Assembly (NCBI GenBank): GCA_000934665.2
Contig: JYFJ02002956.1
Coordinates: forward strand, 1 to 48,426
Origin: Catajapyx aquilonaris
Taxonomy: Eukaryota
Reading direction: 5' to 3'
Length of the DNA: 48,426 bases
The notes under the pieces: generated by a model
Database searches by the model: none
What the model was told of the DNA's origin: nothing
The model's input: the letters and a program-made list of their open reading frames with translations, nothing else
Translations under genes and position numbers: made by a program
Shown: positions 23,834 to 37,669 of the stretch, one piece after another
Layout of the letters: each line of letters begins with the position of its first letter
Numbering within the stretch: position 1 is the first letter of the stretch

Positions 23834-26800
23834 ATGTTGGCCGATCCGCATCTGGAAGACCTCGTGGGTCATTTGGGTAAGAAAATTTTCATTCACAAAT
23901 TTTTTTAAAAGCCGGTTACCATATGTTACATGGCCGGGCAACTTGCCAAAAAGTCATACACGAATTTATGTATTTTTAACAAAAAGTGAAAATGGCATTG
24001 TTGCGGCATTGTTGTCATTACTTGTCCGTAGCACTTGACCTATATACAAAAATAATCCGCAGTGTTTAACAATTCGCGCCTCGTGCAACCTTCAATAAAC
24101 CGGATTGTAATGTTGTCCCTCGAGGGGCCTGTTTTTTTGTGTGTGTAATTACACGCACTCACACATGTCGCCATTCACTTTTTTTGTAACATACACTGGC
24201 GCACCCTTGCAGCCAACTGATTACTTCTCTTCCGGCTTGTGTCGCCTGGAAAAAAGTATTCTTATCTACCAACGCGCGTTGCGTCACAAGTTGAAGAGTG
24301 CTCCGAAATAAATCCGGGGATTCTGCCAAGCTCTTTTGCTATACACTGTCCTTTTGCTAATGTATGTCATCCCTCCGATCATTTTATTAATTTAATAATA
24401 ATAAATTGCGCAATTTTTACGTCGCTTTATCAGATATCAGCCACCCTGAAATAACAGCGCAGCGTGGCCGGATTGCCAAAAATATCTGATGGTCACATTG
24501 ACCTAGTTTCAAATAAACTGAAAATATTCGCCTGGAATACCCACACGAAAAATACACAAATTACACCAACACACGAATATTACGCAAATTACACCGACAC
24601 ATGAATATTACACAAATTACACCAACACGACGTGAATATTATGTATACAAATTACACCAACACATGAATATTATATACAATAAATTACACCAACACATGA
24701 ATATTATATACAATAAATTACACCAACACATGAATATTATATACAATAAATTACACCAACACGTGAATATTACGCAAATTATATCAACACACGAATTACA
24801 CGAATTGTATAAGGATGTGATAATTTCGAAATTGAACAGTCTGTGAACAGTCTTCCGTTACAATACACATGACATTTTTTTTTTTGAGCAGCCTATCGGT
24901 AGAGACCAGTAATAATAATAATTTTTACCCCTTATGTTCATATCGAAATTGAGGCCCTAAAAAATCGGTGCATTCAAAATTATACAAAGTAGTGCAAATT
25001 AAATTTGTACGTCTGAAATGCATATTTTTTTTTAAAAAAAAAAAACAAATTATGAACTGGTACAGACTCCAGATTATCATATTAAAATATAGGCATTTAA
25101 AAAGTAGTGGCTCTGGAAACTCCAATTCGCAATTTTTGTTGCATATTTTTTACTCTTGCTAATTATTATTACATATATGACATGTATGACAGTAGGTAAC
25201 TGACCTATACCCAATACGGCAAGCTTACGACCCGATTGCATCATGCTCCCGCAGGACTCCAGGAGGATACTCTTTCCCCTCCCTTCCACATTATTCCCCC
25301 CCTTCCCTCTCCTCTCTCCCCATTTTCAGGAAACGACGATATTGGCTGAGCAGAATCGGGTTGAAACCAGCTATGTCTGGTCTGCACCGGGTTCCATACC
25401 CCCCCACCCCCCCAGCTGTGAGAGAACTATATGTATTCGGCGCAGACACGTGCGCGCGTCGTTTATTTTAATCCACCACCTGTTGGGCATCACTGAATCA
25501 TTACATTTCCTAGGCCACTGCATGGCGGGGTTGACCCAGTTTTAAGGCCACAACTCGTAAAGTCTGCTTTCAAGGGGTTGTCAAGGACGACAGGTTTTCA
25601 TTCATACTGCGGGTTACTTCATTTGAATATTTGCAAAAACAAAACAAAAAATTTAAAACAAGTACGATATCTCAGGTGTATCAGTCGATGGAAGTGTCAT
25701 AGGCTGTATCCAGTATCTGAGGAATGCGACAAGGGCAATCGCGCGAGCTGGATTCGAGTAGACTTTTTTCTCATTGGGCAGTGGAAAATGATATTGCGCC
25801 GGGCACATCGTGCGAGCTGGATTCGAGTATACTTTTTTTCTCATTGGGCAGTGGGAAATGAGGCTGACAAACCCGACGCGACACGATGCGATTGGACAAC
25901 AACGACTACATAGAATGTTGTCAGTGAACCCAATTTTTCTTTTGCAGATTTTGATCTTGGCGGATTATTAGAGCGTTAACATGGAAAACCGGAAGTGAGG
26001 CCTGTCACAGGAAGTTGGCCGTAAAAACCTATTTTGGTTGCGCTCAATACGAATCCGAAAACCGTTTTTTCGATATCTCTTGCGGTTTAGGCCCTGATAC
26101 CTGTCCACAGACAGACAAAGTCGTTCTATAAATAATACAAGTACTATAATTTTGGATGGGAGTGGCAGTTAACATGTTTTTCTCCTGCAAGCAGTTCATT
26201 ATTAGGCCTACTGTGACGACCTTTTTGCTCCGCTAGGTCACAATTTGCAATTTTAAAAATTAAAGACGTCACTGCCAGATATTTTGGTTATTTATGAAAG
26301 GTGCGATTTGTATATCTGTAAGTCGCCATCGTGTCAGTTTGAACTGCTTTTAGTTCAACGGCTTTGTTTACGCCTCTTCCATGACGTGGGTCACTACTCG
26401 CAGAAAATAGCATCATTGTTTCGCCAATTCTGAGCCTACGATTTTAGCACTGCTCGAGTGTCTTCACACGTACTGTATGTAATACAAAATAATATTTATA
26501 CCACACACTGCATGTGTGCGTATGTACACATGATGAATGCAAAGAATTAATTCAGGATCGTGTTTCTATCAGGGTTCCAGAGATTATCTACATTATCGTG
26601 TGAAGCTCTTGAAAATGCGAGGCAGCGTGTGTTGTGTATGTGTGTGGCATCGATAATCTGGCCCTGCGCAAATGCAGAGTTACGTAACATCAATCTTGCG
26701 GTACATATACTATGTTATGTTTCAAAGGCCGAACTGGAATGCGCAAATTGCTATCTCGTTGAAAAAAAGTATTGCTGAATAATATGTGCCCTCAGGATTC

Positions 26801-29800
26801 TTCCCCGACCTTTTTCAAGCTTTAAGGTCAGGTCATTGACTGAACCCCGCTCGATTGCCAAATGACGCATTTGCAAAAAGCATGTGCGATTTGTCCGATT
26901 TATTTGGCATAATTCGCATATTATGTCACATGCCCAAATGATAATATTTGCGCTGAGCGCTACAAAGTTTATCTGGTGTTAAAACCTCTTCCGACATTTT
27001 CGCGACAATGTTGGAGAAGTGAATTTTTTAATATTTTGCGTACAATGTTATATGCGGCACATTTTTTGACATAACATTGAAGAATGCAAATTTGATTGCT
27101 TGGCATATTTATTTATTTATTATGCCCCCAAAAAGGCGACTCCTGACCTTGTAACGGCCTTGTAAGTAAATAAATATTTATTTATTATTCTCACATTCGC
27201 CATTTTTTTAAAGACTCTAAATGGCCTTGAGTTCATCCTGAAAGTTAGTTGACCAGTGAGCCTCTGCATGACAACAAACTGCCGTATTCTCAGGCGCTAT
27301 GTTCACTTCTGGTAAAGAATAGTTCAATTCGAATTAAAACATCTAATTGCACCACATTGTCTTCTCAAAAACTAGTCCGAAAAAGTGGACCATTGGAAAT
27401 GGCATGAAACCAAACCAACAGTGGAACTTGCCCGATGTAGGTCGGTTATACACAAGAGGATGAGCTGATGTCAACAAGGCTTATAATATAACTGGTTGCA
27501 ACGGAAGTGCGTAATCGACCCTCTTTTGCGGTTCTCAATCTCTTGTTGTAAAGGGGGACCCTGGATGATTGCATTCAGGAGAGCCAAACGACCATGAGCT
27601 GTTTTCCCCATCGAGCCCCGAACCGAAATGAGTCGGAGCAAACACACTGTACTGTGTACGAATCGAGTAAACATTTTGATAAAACACGACGGGTAATGGA
27701 AGAGATGTGTGCATGTTGTTGTACTTGATATCAGGCGTGTTTTTTCCCTTCCTTTTCAGGCGAATTTGGACGGTACCAGCTGTACCAACATATCCTGCAT
27801 GTGCTTGGAGGATTCACGGCCGGGCTTCATATGCTCACACTTGTCACGATTGCTCCTACACCACCGCACAGGTATGAATGTACAAAATACAAGGAAGTTA
27901 TGCGATAACCAACCCAATAATTCCGATCACTTCAACCTTGACTGCACAAAAACCAATCCAATAATTACTCTACCTGGAAAGCACTACATGTTAGATATTT
28001 ATAAGAGTTGCAAGATTTAATGATATTTATATAATGGTTCTATTATTGTGTGATTGGAATATAGCTATACAATCGAAGGTTAAGAAGTGCAATTATTGCA
28101 TTAGTAATATTACCTGAAAGTAGAAGCCCACTTGCCTTGATTCAATGCTATAAAATGAGACCTTCATCGTGTTGATGGGGTTTTTATGGCAATAGTCCCG
28201 TTGGGACAGTCTTCCTGGGAAGAGAAGTAGCCAAAGTCTTTATAGTATCATTGAAGACCATACGCTTACAACAAAAACATGGGAAAAATTGTTGAAAAAA
28301 ACTGGAAAAATTGTTCATATTCAGAACATAACAATCGATCACATATTTAAGTGCATTAATACAAATATTTTAATTACCTGGTTGGTTGGATATTTTTTTT
28401 CTCTTCCATATTGAGGTAAATCACGCGAATAAGGTCGTTTGGTGCGACCTCACTATATAGATAGCAAACCACTTTTGCAGTGCTTTGGTTCCTGGCCACT
28501 GAAGCTGACGCCAAGTCTTAGATTCCGATACCACATGTTTTCGGTGAAGGTGACTTAGGATTCATTGGCCCCGGAACTGCATTTTTGAGCCACCCTTTTA
28601 GGAGATAACTGCTGGCCATTGCAGGGCTATTCAGTTAGGAGCACATGCACTGCCTGTACCACTTTAGTGCAGTCCAAAAAAAGGCAGGAAGAAAGCGCTA
28701 TATGCAAGCAGGCCGTAATCGGAGTAAACAATTTTACGAGTATTCTGGTCAAACCAACATCTCTATAAAAGGCATGAAGGACTTCTCTGCAAAGTACTGG
28801 CCAAAGTCCATGATACTCTGATGTAACTGATACAGTATAACTACAGTAAAAAAAAGTATGTGGAAAAAAATATGACTGAATAGGTTTGTGCTCAGATAAG
28901 TTATTCACACGTCTATGTGATGGAAAAATGACGTGGATCAATCTGCAGGGTATATGAATGTGCAATGATAACACATCTGTGTGCCAGATCATATTATTCG
29001 TCCCAGACATGAAAGAGAAGAGCGTTTGAAGGGCAAAGGACCACCGAGATGTCACCTACATTAGCAGGAGATACTGGGCGTAAATTTTCTTGATGTCCTC
29101 AGTGACCCGAGGTTGACATAACGAAAGCTCGTGACATTTTGCCCAATTGCGTCGGTTGCCAGGGGGAAACCGCTTGAAGCCAACTTGGAGGGCATCCATT
29201 TTTTAAAAGTTCCCGAATCACTTTGCACAAAAATTCAGACACGCGCGATAAATATCTGTCCCTTTTTGTTGGAGGCGACGGACCGCAAATTGGAAGCATA
29301 GTTTCCATATAAAGGATGTGCTCTGGAAAGGTCAAATCGCATTGAAGGGTAATGTTCAAAAGCCATATCCGCGGAGGTGAAAGTACAGTGCTGTTCATAA
29401 ATCAGTTATCCTATTAGCTGTGAGTACTGCACTTGAAAACCTTTCAATGACACAGCAGGTTCGTCGCCCTTTGAGTTAAAGAGCCAGATATCAATTTGCA
29501 CGTTTGAGCAATTTCACCTTGCAATTTGGTGCTTTTAATGTGTTGTAAGCAGTTGTAGTTGATATTATGATAAGTGCTCCAAAATGTTAACTATATGCAT
29601 TATTTTAAAAGTTGTTAGTAAGCAATCAACTGGTTTAACGAGGTTACAGTAGGCCTACTATACATAATGAAACGAACAATGGCCATCAACAACAGATAGC
29701 TCTGTATATCTGGCAGAGTCCAAAAAGCAAACACGTGCTTCTATTTATCCTTCGCATACACTTCCCCTTTTTTTTCACTTCTGAAGGATGTATTCCAAGG

Positions 29801-32800
29801 TCCACACCCTGTGGATGAAATCTGCAGCCTCCTTTTTCTAAAAATAAACATGGAATATATATTTTTTAAAAAAATGCAGGACGCACCCGATGGGACTCGA
29901 ACCCACAATCTTCGGCTCCGGAGGCCGACGCCTTATCCATTAGGCCACGGGTGCTCATATTGACATATACTCTTCATTTAATGAGTCAAGCTTTCTTCAT
30001 AGTTACACCGAGAATGTCAGTTTATCTCCATGGTTATATCTTGTGTCGTAAATATGTCAAATAATAGTTAACTTACGACAGTTGTGCCAACACGATTCTT
30101 ATTCAAAAAAATTTTTCATTGTTGTAATGATTTTTTTTTGAAGTATTATGCGGTAAATTAAATTTTATTAAAAGTATTATGTAATAATGATAACATGTAA
30201 TACGTATTGTGATATGATAATAATAGAAAAATATGGTCGAATCTGGATGTGTAGACGTTGGAATTGTGCTGCTTTTCCTGATATCAACCTTTGAATTCTC
30301 ACGTGGCATACTTTATGAGTGTAGTTGCGTAGTTTTATTCTTCTTCACAGATAATATTGTTTTAGTCAAAGGTATGTCTGAGCAATGTATATATAGTAAT
30401 GGAATTTTTTCCCTCCACAAAAATATTCCAGATGCTTCGTACCAGGTGTGGACCAGGACAATCTGACATCCTCCTGGGATTCCGAAGACGTCCTCAATTC
30501 CATTCCTCTCAAGACTGATGGATCTCTGGCCTCTTGCCAGATGTGGGATTCCAACAACAATAGCGCACAATGCGACCGATGGGTCTACGACACCAGCACA
30601 TTCACCTCATCTCGAGTCATGGAGGTGAACACCACCTCGTTTCATATATAATTTAAGAAAATATATAGATTCACAGAAGGATAATGATAATAATAATTGC
30701 ATTTACTGTACAAGGGATGCAAATATTGCCTGATTTTTTTTGCATAACCCTGTCGTGCACATGAATTACAGGTTGATGCCATTGACAAATCTAATGTTTC
30801 CGTTCCCATTTAGTGGGACATGGTGTGCGATAAGAGATGGATGCGCGCTCTGGCCCAGTCCCTGTACATGTTTGGAGTACTGGCAGGTGCTGTCATACTC
30901 GGTACTCTGGCGGACAAGGTAGGCCGAAAGAAGATATTTTGCATATCGGCCCTTCTGCAGGTCATATTCGCACTTGCTGCCGCCCTTTGTCCGGAGTACA
31001 TCTCGTTCATCACAGTCTGCTTCGTATACGGGTTCTTCGGGTCAGCTGGAGCCTACGTCACAGGATTTGTGCTTTGTAAGTTATCAGCTCTTCAAGATTA
31101 ATCTGCCCATTATTATTAGATCCACCCACTATATGATATGGGAACGTCATCTACGTACTTCAAGGGGGCCTCCTGTAGCAACCCACCTGGAAATGAGATT
31201 TCCACATAAAGTGAGACTATACTGTGTACAAAAGGGGCTCGTTTTAACTATGAAATCGGCACAAAAATATATACACTAGGTGTACGGTACATCAAGTGTG
31301 TAGAAATCTGGTTTGGTACAGGGTGCCAGTAAATTCTGCGCTGTCTGTCAGGCTTTTCTCACGTGGCTATGAGTGCCTGCCAACGAGAATAAATTGAGGG
31401 CATTATACCAGATAGATTACGAAGTCGAAGCCGCTGACATTATAATGGCCCTTGTCCAAACTTGAACGACAAATAAAAATTCAAGGTTGACACTTTAACA
31501 CATGTTTAAAAAAGTAAGCTTCTATAGGCGTGTATGTGAAAATCGTGTTCAAGTACGTGTATTAAGGCAAGAATTTTTTTAATTAATTTCTGAACATGTT
31601 TCAGATTATTATGAAAATATTATCTGCCAAGACCAAGCAACAATTGTGCATGATTTTTTTTGTGTTTTTAAGTTCACTTATTTTACATGGATTTTAGAGT
31701 AATGATTTTTTTTTTTTTTATCAACAGCCATGGAAATGGTGGGACCTTCGAAACGTACCGTCTGCGGTACGATGTTCCAGGCAGCATTTGCAGTCGGAGT
31801 GATGCTGGTGGCCGGATGGGGAGCCATCATTTCAGACAGAATTACTCTCCAGGTCATCTATGCACTGCATGGACTTGTACTTCTTCCACATTGGTGGTAA
31901 GTCCTGCTTACCATAACATCTGGATAGTTTTTGACACCTTTGACTTCTCCGTTTGTTAACTATATTTTTCCACATTAATGTATTTCTTAATAACGAGTCA
32001 ATTGTAGGTGCTATCATAAATATTAATTTCAAACTACGTTGCAGGCTGGTTGACGAGTCGGTCCGATGGCTATGGAGCCAGGGTCGGATACGTGAAGCAG
32101 TGACTATTGTCCAGAAGGGTATGAAGGTCAATGGCAGGTCAGAGATTCTGGACGCTGATGCTTACGAGAACAAGGCAAAGATCCATGCTGCCCAGAGGAA
32201 GAAAGAGGCCTCTGAGAATGGAGAGGACGATGAGGACAGAAGCTATGGTCTGGCAGACCTCTTCAAGACCAGGAACCTCCGAATGAAAACCCTCAACGTT
32301 TGTCTCAACTGGTAAGAAAGAAGTGGGTCAAATAGATATAAGTTCTGTCGGGCATGCACGTGGATAACTATTCACTTGCACGGTTATCCACAGTGTTTAT
32401 ATTTTAAAATTGGTAAATTCATACTCAAATAAGTCAACCTTCTACCTTCAGAAGGCTTCGGGCGGGCCAGACTCACTCAGGTCTGTGAGCTGATAGATAC
32501 CATATCTTATAGTTTGGTCTATTACTCTCACTGTCCAATTTTTTTCAGGATGGCAAACAGCCTGGCTTACTACGGGTTGTCTCTGAACACGGATAAACTG
32601 GCTGGAAATCCGTTCCTTCTTCTCTTCCTGGTGGGACTGGCTGAATGGCCTGCTTATCTGATGGTGGTGCTTCTTCTGGACAGGCTTGGAAGAAGACCGA
32701 TGATAAGCGGATGCATGTTGATTGGAGGAATAGCACTCCTGATTGCTGCTTTCATTCCGACCAGTAAGTATTACAAAATTCCTTGCTAGATTTTTGACTA

Positions 32801-33277
32801 AAATATTCTGATTTGCCCTCAGCTTCGGATCTCATCGCCAACCTGATCATAACCCTGACACTCATTGGCAAGTTCATGATCGCCGGTTCTTTCGCCATCA
32901 TCTACAACTACACTGCAGAGCTGTTTCCAACTGTGGTCCGCAATTCTGCCATTGGATTGGGCAGCATGTGCGCCAGATTCGCAGGAGCCATCACTCCATT
33001 CATCTCCCTATTGGACTCTGTGGATGCGTCTCTTCCTTCGATCATCTTTGGCACCTTGGCCCTCGTGTCTGGCACCCTCTCGCTTCTTCTGCCAGAGACC
33101 CTCAATGCAACTTTGCCTCAGACCATCGAGGACGGTGAGAAGTTTGGTGAGGGAGACACCTGTTGCAGTGCCATCAGGAGGAACCGGAGGTCAAAGAGGA
33201 AGAGGGAGGAGGCTGACCCAACTGACCTTGCCAATGGTGCCAATCATGTGCTTCTAGGGAATCGCAATATCACTTGA
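23834..33277 (+). CDS. SLC22/organic cation transporter (Orct-like) paralogue 1; exons 23834-23876, 27760-27871, 30432-30624, 30814-31075, 31728-31896, 32045-32311, 32549-32763, 32823-33277
   Basis: LEDLVGHLGEFGRYQ, CDRWVYD, EWDMVC, LADKVGRK, MEMVGPSKR, DESVRWL, YYGLSLN, DRLGRR, YTAELFPTVVRNSAIG, LLPET..LPQTIEDGE are SLC22 signatures; all junctions GT-AG and in phase. Confidence 0.92.
24541..24805 (+). repeat. Tandem minisatellite, 28-33-bp units (aaattacaccaacacatgaatattatatacaat)
   Basis: 33-bp period at 24649, 24682, 24715, 24748 with shorter degenerate units either side. Confidence 0.9.
25733..25862 (+). repeat. Two-copy direct repeat, ~68-bp period
   Basis: gcgagctggattcgagta(g/t)acttttttctcattgggcagtgg(a/g)aaatga occurs twice. 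Confidence 0.85.
25900..26140. mobile_element. Helitron/HINE-like remnant
   Basis: aaaaccggaagt..caggaagt motifs, aaaaccgttttttcgatatctcttgcggtttagg, and terminal acagacagacaaag..ctataaataata typical of arthropod rolling-circle non-autonomous elements. Confidence 0.45.
29882..29954 (-). tRNA. tRNA-Arg(CCG)
   Basis: 73 nt: GCACCCGTGGCCTAATGGATAAGGCGTCGGCCTCCGGAGCCGAAGATTGTGGGTTCGAGTCCCATCGGGTGCG; perfect 7-bp acceptor stem, anticodon arm TCGGC-CT-CCG-GA-GCCGA, intact A/B boxes, T-run terminator just downstream. Confidence 0.96.
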
Positions 33278-36200
33278 ACATACATCCACAGACACTCGAG
33301 AGTCATCTTTCCAGAGAGACACGCAGTTGGAGGCAAATGTTACTTGGAGATAAAGGCCAACCTTGCTGGACACTTATCCTGTGGTCTGTCTGTTTGAATA
33401 TTGCATCAAAAGTGCCCAAAAGTGTTGTCATGTTGTGACAACTCCCAAACAACACTGCCACTACCCTCTCCTCATCATACATAATGTGTACTGTCCATAC
33501 AAAGTGGGTAACAACCACCTAAATCTGGTGTACACTTGGCTACAAATCCCATGTTTCATCTCCCTTCCCCTCAACTCGAGGATACACTCGCCCAGAGCAC
33601 AGATATTAAAATTTTTCGTCCAGTATTTTGGGTGAAAATTTTCACTCGTGCTCTTGCTCAATTCGAGTGGTTTTTTTAAAAAAAGAAGTATGTGCCCAAG
33701 GACAATTTGAGTGACTTGTCACTCAAAATATATTTTAAAAGTGTGGCTGCTTGCCCTATAGACTGATATTTCATAATATAAGTTAAGCATCAGCAAGGTT
33801 GCCCCCAGTTAACTTTCAAGTAACAGGCCTCCAACTATTATGATAAACTCATCCACGTTGTCTGTTAATTCGCAGTTTTCCAGCAGGTACCAGTCAAATA
33901 ACTGCAAGATTTAAACGTAGTAACACATTCTGTTGTACACAAATGCAGCTATTTCCCTACAGAAGCAAAACTTACTATAAAATAATGACATTAATTTTAA
34001 TCGCATTTCGAAATTCTACTTGTGGATAATAAATAAAAAATATTGTAGTGCAACTGTACAAAAAATGTAAAACTGACAAGTACAGAGCAGCTGATAACAT
34101 TGCAATCTGCTGGAAATACTGGCGATTTAACTAAATGACAATTACAATATGTTCACCACTAGGTGTATATAGGGAACCAGAATCTCACGCCATGTGAGTC
34201 AGTTTCATGTTTTGTTACAATTGTGCAAAAGTAAGTGTTGTGATTCTTACTCTGTGCCATATCATGAAAACAGTAGGCTATACATTATTCTTTCATATTA
34301 AAAGAATGTTTACATGTGTTTATATACATAAAAAAGGTCAACTGTCTCTTTTCAGAGGGTGCAGTGAATGGTTTTATTAGCCTTTTGACTTATTTATTAC
34401 TCTATACACTTCTACAGGATGATTTTTGTGCTACACAAACAAGGGACCCTTTGAAACAAGATTTATGAAGAAAACTGTGTACTCCATGTTCCTAATTTTT
34501 GATTAAATAATACTTAATAACTTGCTAATAAAGTGAGTGTTTTATTATCTGTATTAATTATTAAGCATGGTGAATCAACAATCTGAAGGGACCAATAAAT
34601 GTTTTTCTCATTTGAAGTACTTCTAGGTGTATCTTTAATTATGCTGTAGTTTAATTTACTGTATCATGCTCTACAAAGCTAATCTAGAAAATGTTCAGTG
34701 TCTCTTCTTAATGACTGGAACTTCCTGGAAGAGTGTACTAGCAGTGCCCTAAACAGATCTGGTGCTAGCCCCCCACAAAAACTGTTGAATTTTCCACTCA
34801 GCTTGGCCTGTATTTTTAACTTCCTCCTGAAATTTTCAATAAAATGTTTCAAACTCTACTTTGCAGAAATCATATGAAATAACACAGTATTAAGCTTGTT
34901 TTCAGGTTTTCATTACTATAGTCGCATAATAATTCTTTTTTATGTTGGGATCCCTGAGACAGATATTATTGTAAAGGTTCAACAAGGGTAAAAAGGTTGA
35001 GAAACGATGATGTATTTTACAAGGTAGCAATTTATTTTGTGCCATATTGACTAGTTTATTTGCTATAGTTAGGGGACGTCTTTACGGTATTTTGTTTGTT
35101 CAGTTGGTTGGGTATTTTAAGCGCTTTGCTGACAAGAATAGATTAGATACTCATAGGCGTAGCCAAGATGAAGAAGGAGCTCGCTCTCCTCCACAGTCTT
35201 CTAAATTTTGGAAAATCATAAAAGTAAAAACAAATATCACTGAAAAAATATACAAAAAAAATTATGGATTGTACTATAACCATCGTGGGAACAAGTGAAT
35301 TTTCGTGACCAGTGACATAATAGTCAGAAGTTGACAAGAGTACTGTACATATGTTGAACCAAGTTGAACCAGTGCAGTGCAGTGCAGTTGAACAGGCGGC
35401 ATCAGTCAGTCGCATCACCATCATGACATCAGAGGCACAGTTATTCAGTGCATCAAGAGGGTTCCAAGATTTTGATTCGACCGTGGGTACGACAGTGCAT
35501 GTGATTCCGGGCTGAGAGTGAACACAAGGTGACCATTTGACCGAAGATTTCTCGTTCATTACTGAGAGGTGAGACTTTCAAAATGCCATTTTATATCCTG
35601 GCAGGTAGGGAACCCTTCTCACAAGCTTGAAGCTAATCAAAATCTTTCTCACATAATCAAACATTTCCCATCTGTAGCTGTTAGTTGATTGTAGCAACTC
35701 GAATTAATAAGAAAATCTCCCACCACTTTGTATTGTGAACACAGTCTACAAATATAATAGGGGGATATTCCCTCAATTGTGTCGTTCCAAAGCCTAATAC
35801 GTAGGCCTATCATAACAAAACTTATTTTCAGAATGATTAGGCAGAATGGATCTAAAGTAGGTGTGAATCCCCAGGGTCAAACTAATATCATTCTGATCTA
35901 ACCCGCTTATGATCCTGACCTACACTACTAGTCCTATAGACTAATAGGAGGGAAAGTTTTGCGTCACTGGTTTCAATTCCTTGATGGCCTCCAAACCTGC
36001 ACATACACAAACTCCAAAAAAAAACTTATTTTTAGACTACTTGCCATACATTGACGATGCATACTGCACGTAATGTCAACAACTCCAGAATTTATATTAT
36101 GCTTTTTGGCAACATCTCTAGTAGTGTTATTCAGTGAACAGACATTGTTATGCTAAATGACGGCGGTGTTTGTAATACACCCAGCTTATACAAACAATAA

Positions 36201-36697
36201 TAATGCTCTCTAAAGCTTCAATGTCTCGCGTTTGTGAGTAGCTTAAATGAAAAACATTGTCAAACATGTGGCTGGAAGATTACCTACATTATAATCTGTG
36301 AATTCACGTCTGTCTCGCGATAAGCTCTTATTGTGTCTCACGTCTCGTCAGTCTGTTATAATAAGACAAGGGAATGGGGATTCACTGTAATAATAATTAC
36401 GAGTAAATGACACTTCCAATAAACTGCGATGACAGGTGACCTTTATGTAACGATCGAATTCTTCGTTGTCACGTACAGCACTTAATAGGTGCAAACACTT
36501 CAAACACCAGAGTGCACGATAATAACTTGTTGTACTGTATGATAATGAAGACAAGTATTTTTTTACACTACAGTTTGTCATGTTGCTGTCCAGTGTCCAG
36601 CTGTCCAGTTACGGAAATTTTAATCGGGGTTGTTTCATAATGTCGCTCACTGTCATTTTTATCTAGACAATATTTGTACGTCTGAATGTAAAGTAAA

Positions 36698-37326
36698 TCA
36701 TTTGATAAGCAGATCATAACCGGTTTGATCGAGTACATCCAATATCGCCTGTTTAAAATGGCGTGTTATGTATTCCGTGTTGTAACCGTACGTGCCACGG
36801 GTCGGATGCTGCAGATAAAAAGCCAAATCATGAGATATCGCCAATATTAATTCAATCGCACACTCTCTGTACCCATCTTCGTCCTTCTCATGTACAAGCT
36901 GGTGCAAATCGCAATTTTATTATGGTAAATATGCATATATTTTGAAGCAACAATGTTGAAGAGTATCAGCAATTATTGGGCTGGTTTGTAGAGTAAACAA
37001 TTTATGATTCATTCCATAAGTGGCTACTTTTACAGTGCGACACCTTGTACTTGTACATTGCACTTTCAAGTTTCGTGGCCAACAATCCGGAGCTAAATAA
37101 ACCTCTTCAATGTTGAAACCGCATATTTCGGTTCAACACCCTCTGCATATATATGTGTGCCAATGCCCCTATAGATGGTTCCTTCATCCCTAAATTCAGG
37201 CCTGACATTTTGGAGCCAATGTCGCAAACCTGAGTTGAAATCAAGGACCGAGGACATTATTTTATGTTGTTCACTGCCAATGCCAAGAAGTGGATGGGGG
37301 AATTTTGGATCCACGCCAAATAACAT
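36698..37326 (-). pseudogene. Possible two-exon orphan gene/pseudogene with a single-base frameshift
   Basis: ORFs 37326-37093 and 36907-36698 join into one ~160-aa frame if one A of 37095-37097 is removed and intron 37043-36899 (GT...CAG) is spliced; no family recognised. Confidence 0.3.
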
Positions 37327-37669
37327 GCGATTCGTTTATTTTATCTCGTCTTTCCGAACAAGGGGGCGGGTACAGTACATGGGGGGGTTAACAATGGCCT
37401 TTTAAAGTCAGTGTGTGACGGTCCATGCTCCAGTGAGGAAGGTTGTTTGTGACCAGTGTGTTTACACCAATAGTTGAGGCAAAATTATTTGTTCTTGTTT
37501 CCAGCAGCTTCCTCCAATAACTTAGTGGCCTGCTAAAAAAGAGGTGCGAAAGTCCGACCTCTCTGGTCGGAAGCCAAACTACCCACTACTTGGTGTCCAC
37601 TTGGCGAAAAACAAGTGGGGGGACCGATTTCTAAGGGTTGGTTAGTTCGACAAGGTCGGAGGCTACAGG

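Noticed and set aside
24541..24846. 33-bp repeats as a CRISPR array or repetitive protein (NKLHQHMNIIY)n
   Set aside because: Head-to-tail tandem units with no unique spacers, no cas genes, eukaryotic intron; the ORF is a by-product of a unit length divisible by 3.
28100..29400. Minus-strand ORFs of 142 and 99 aa in SLC22 intron 2
   Set aside because: No recognisable motifs and no consistent splice model; possibly decayed TE or pseudogene but unsupported.
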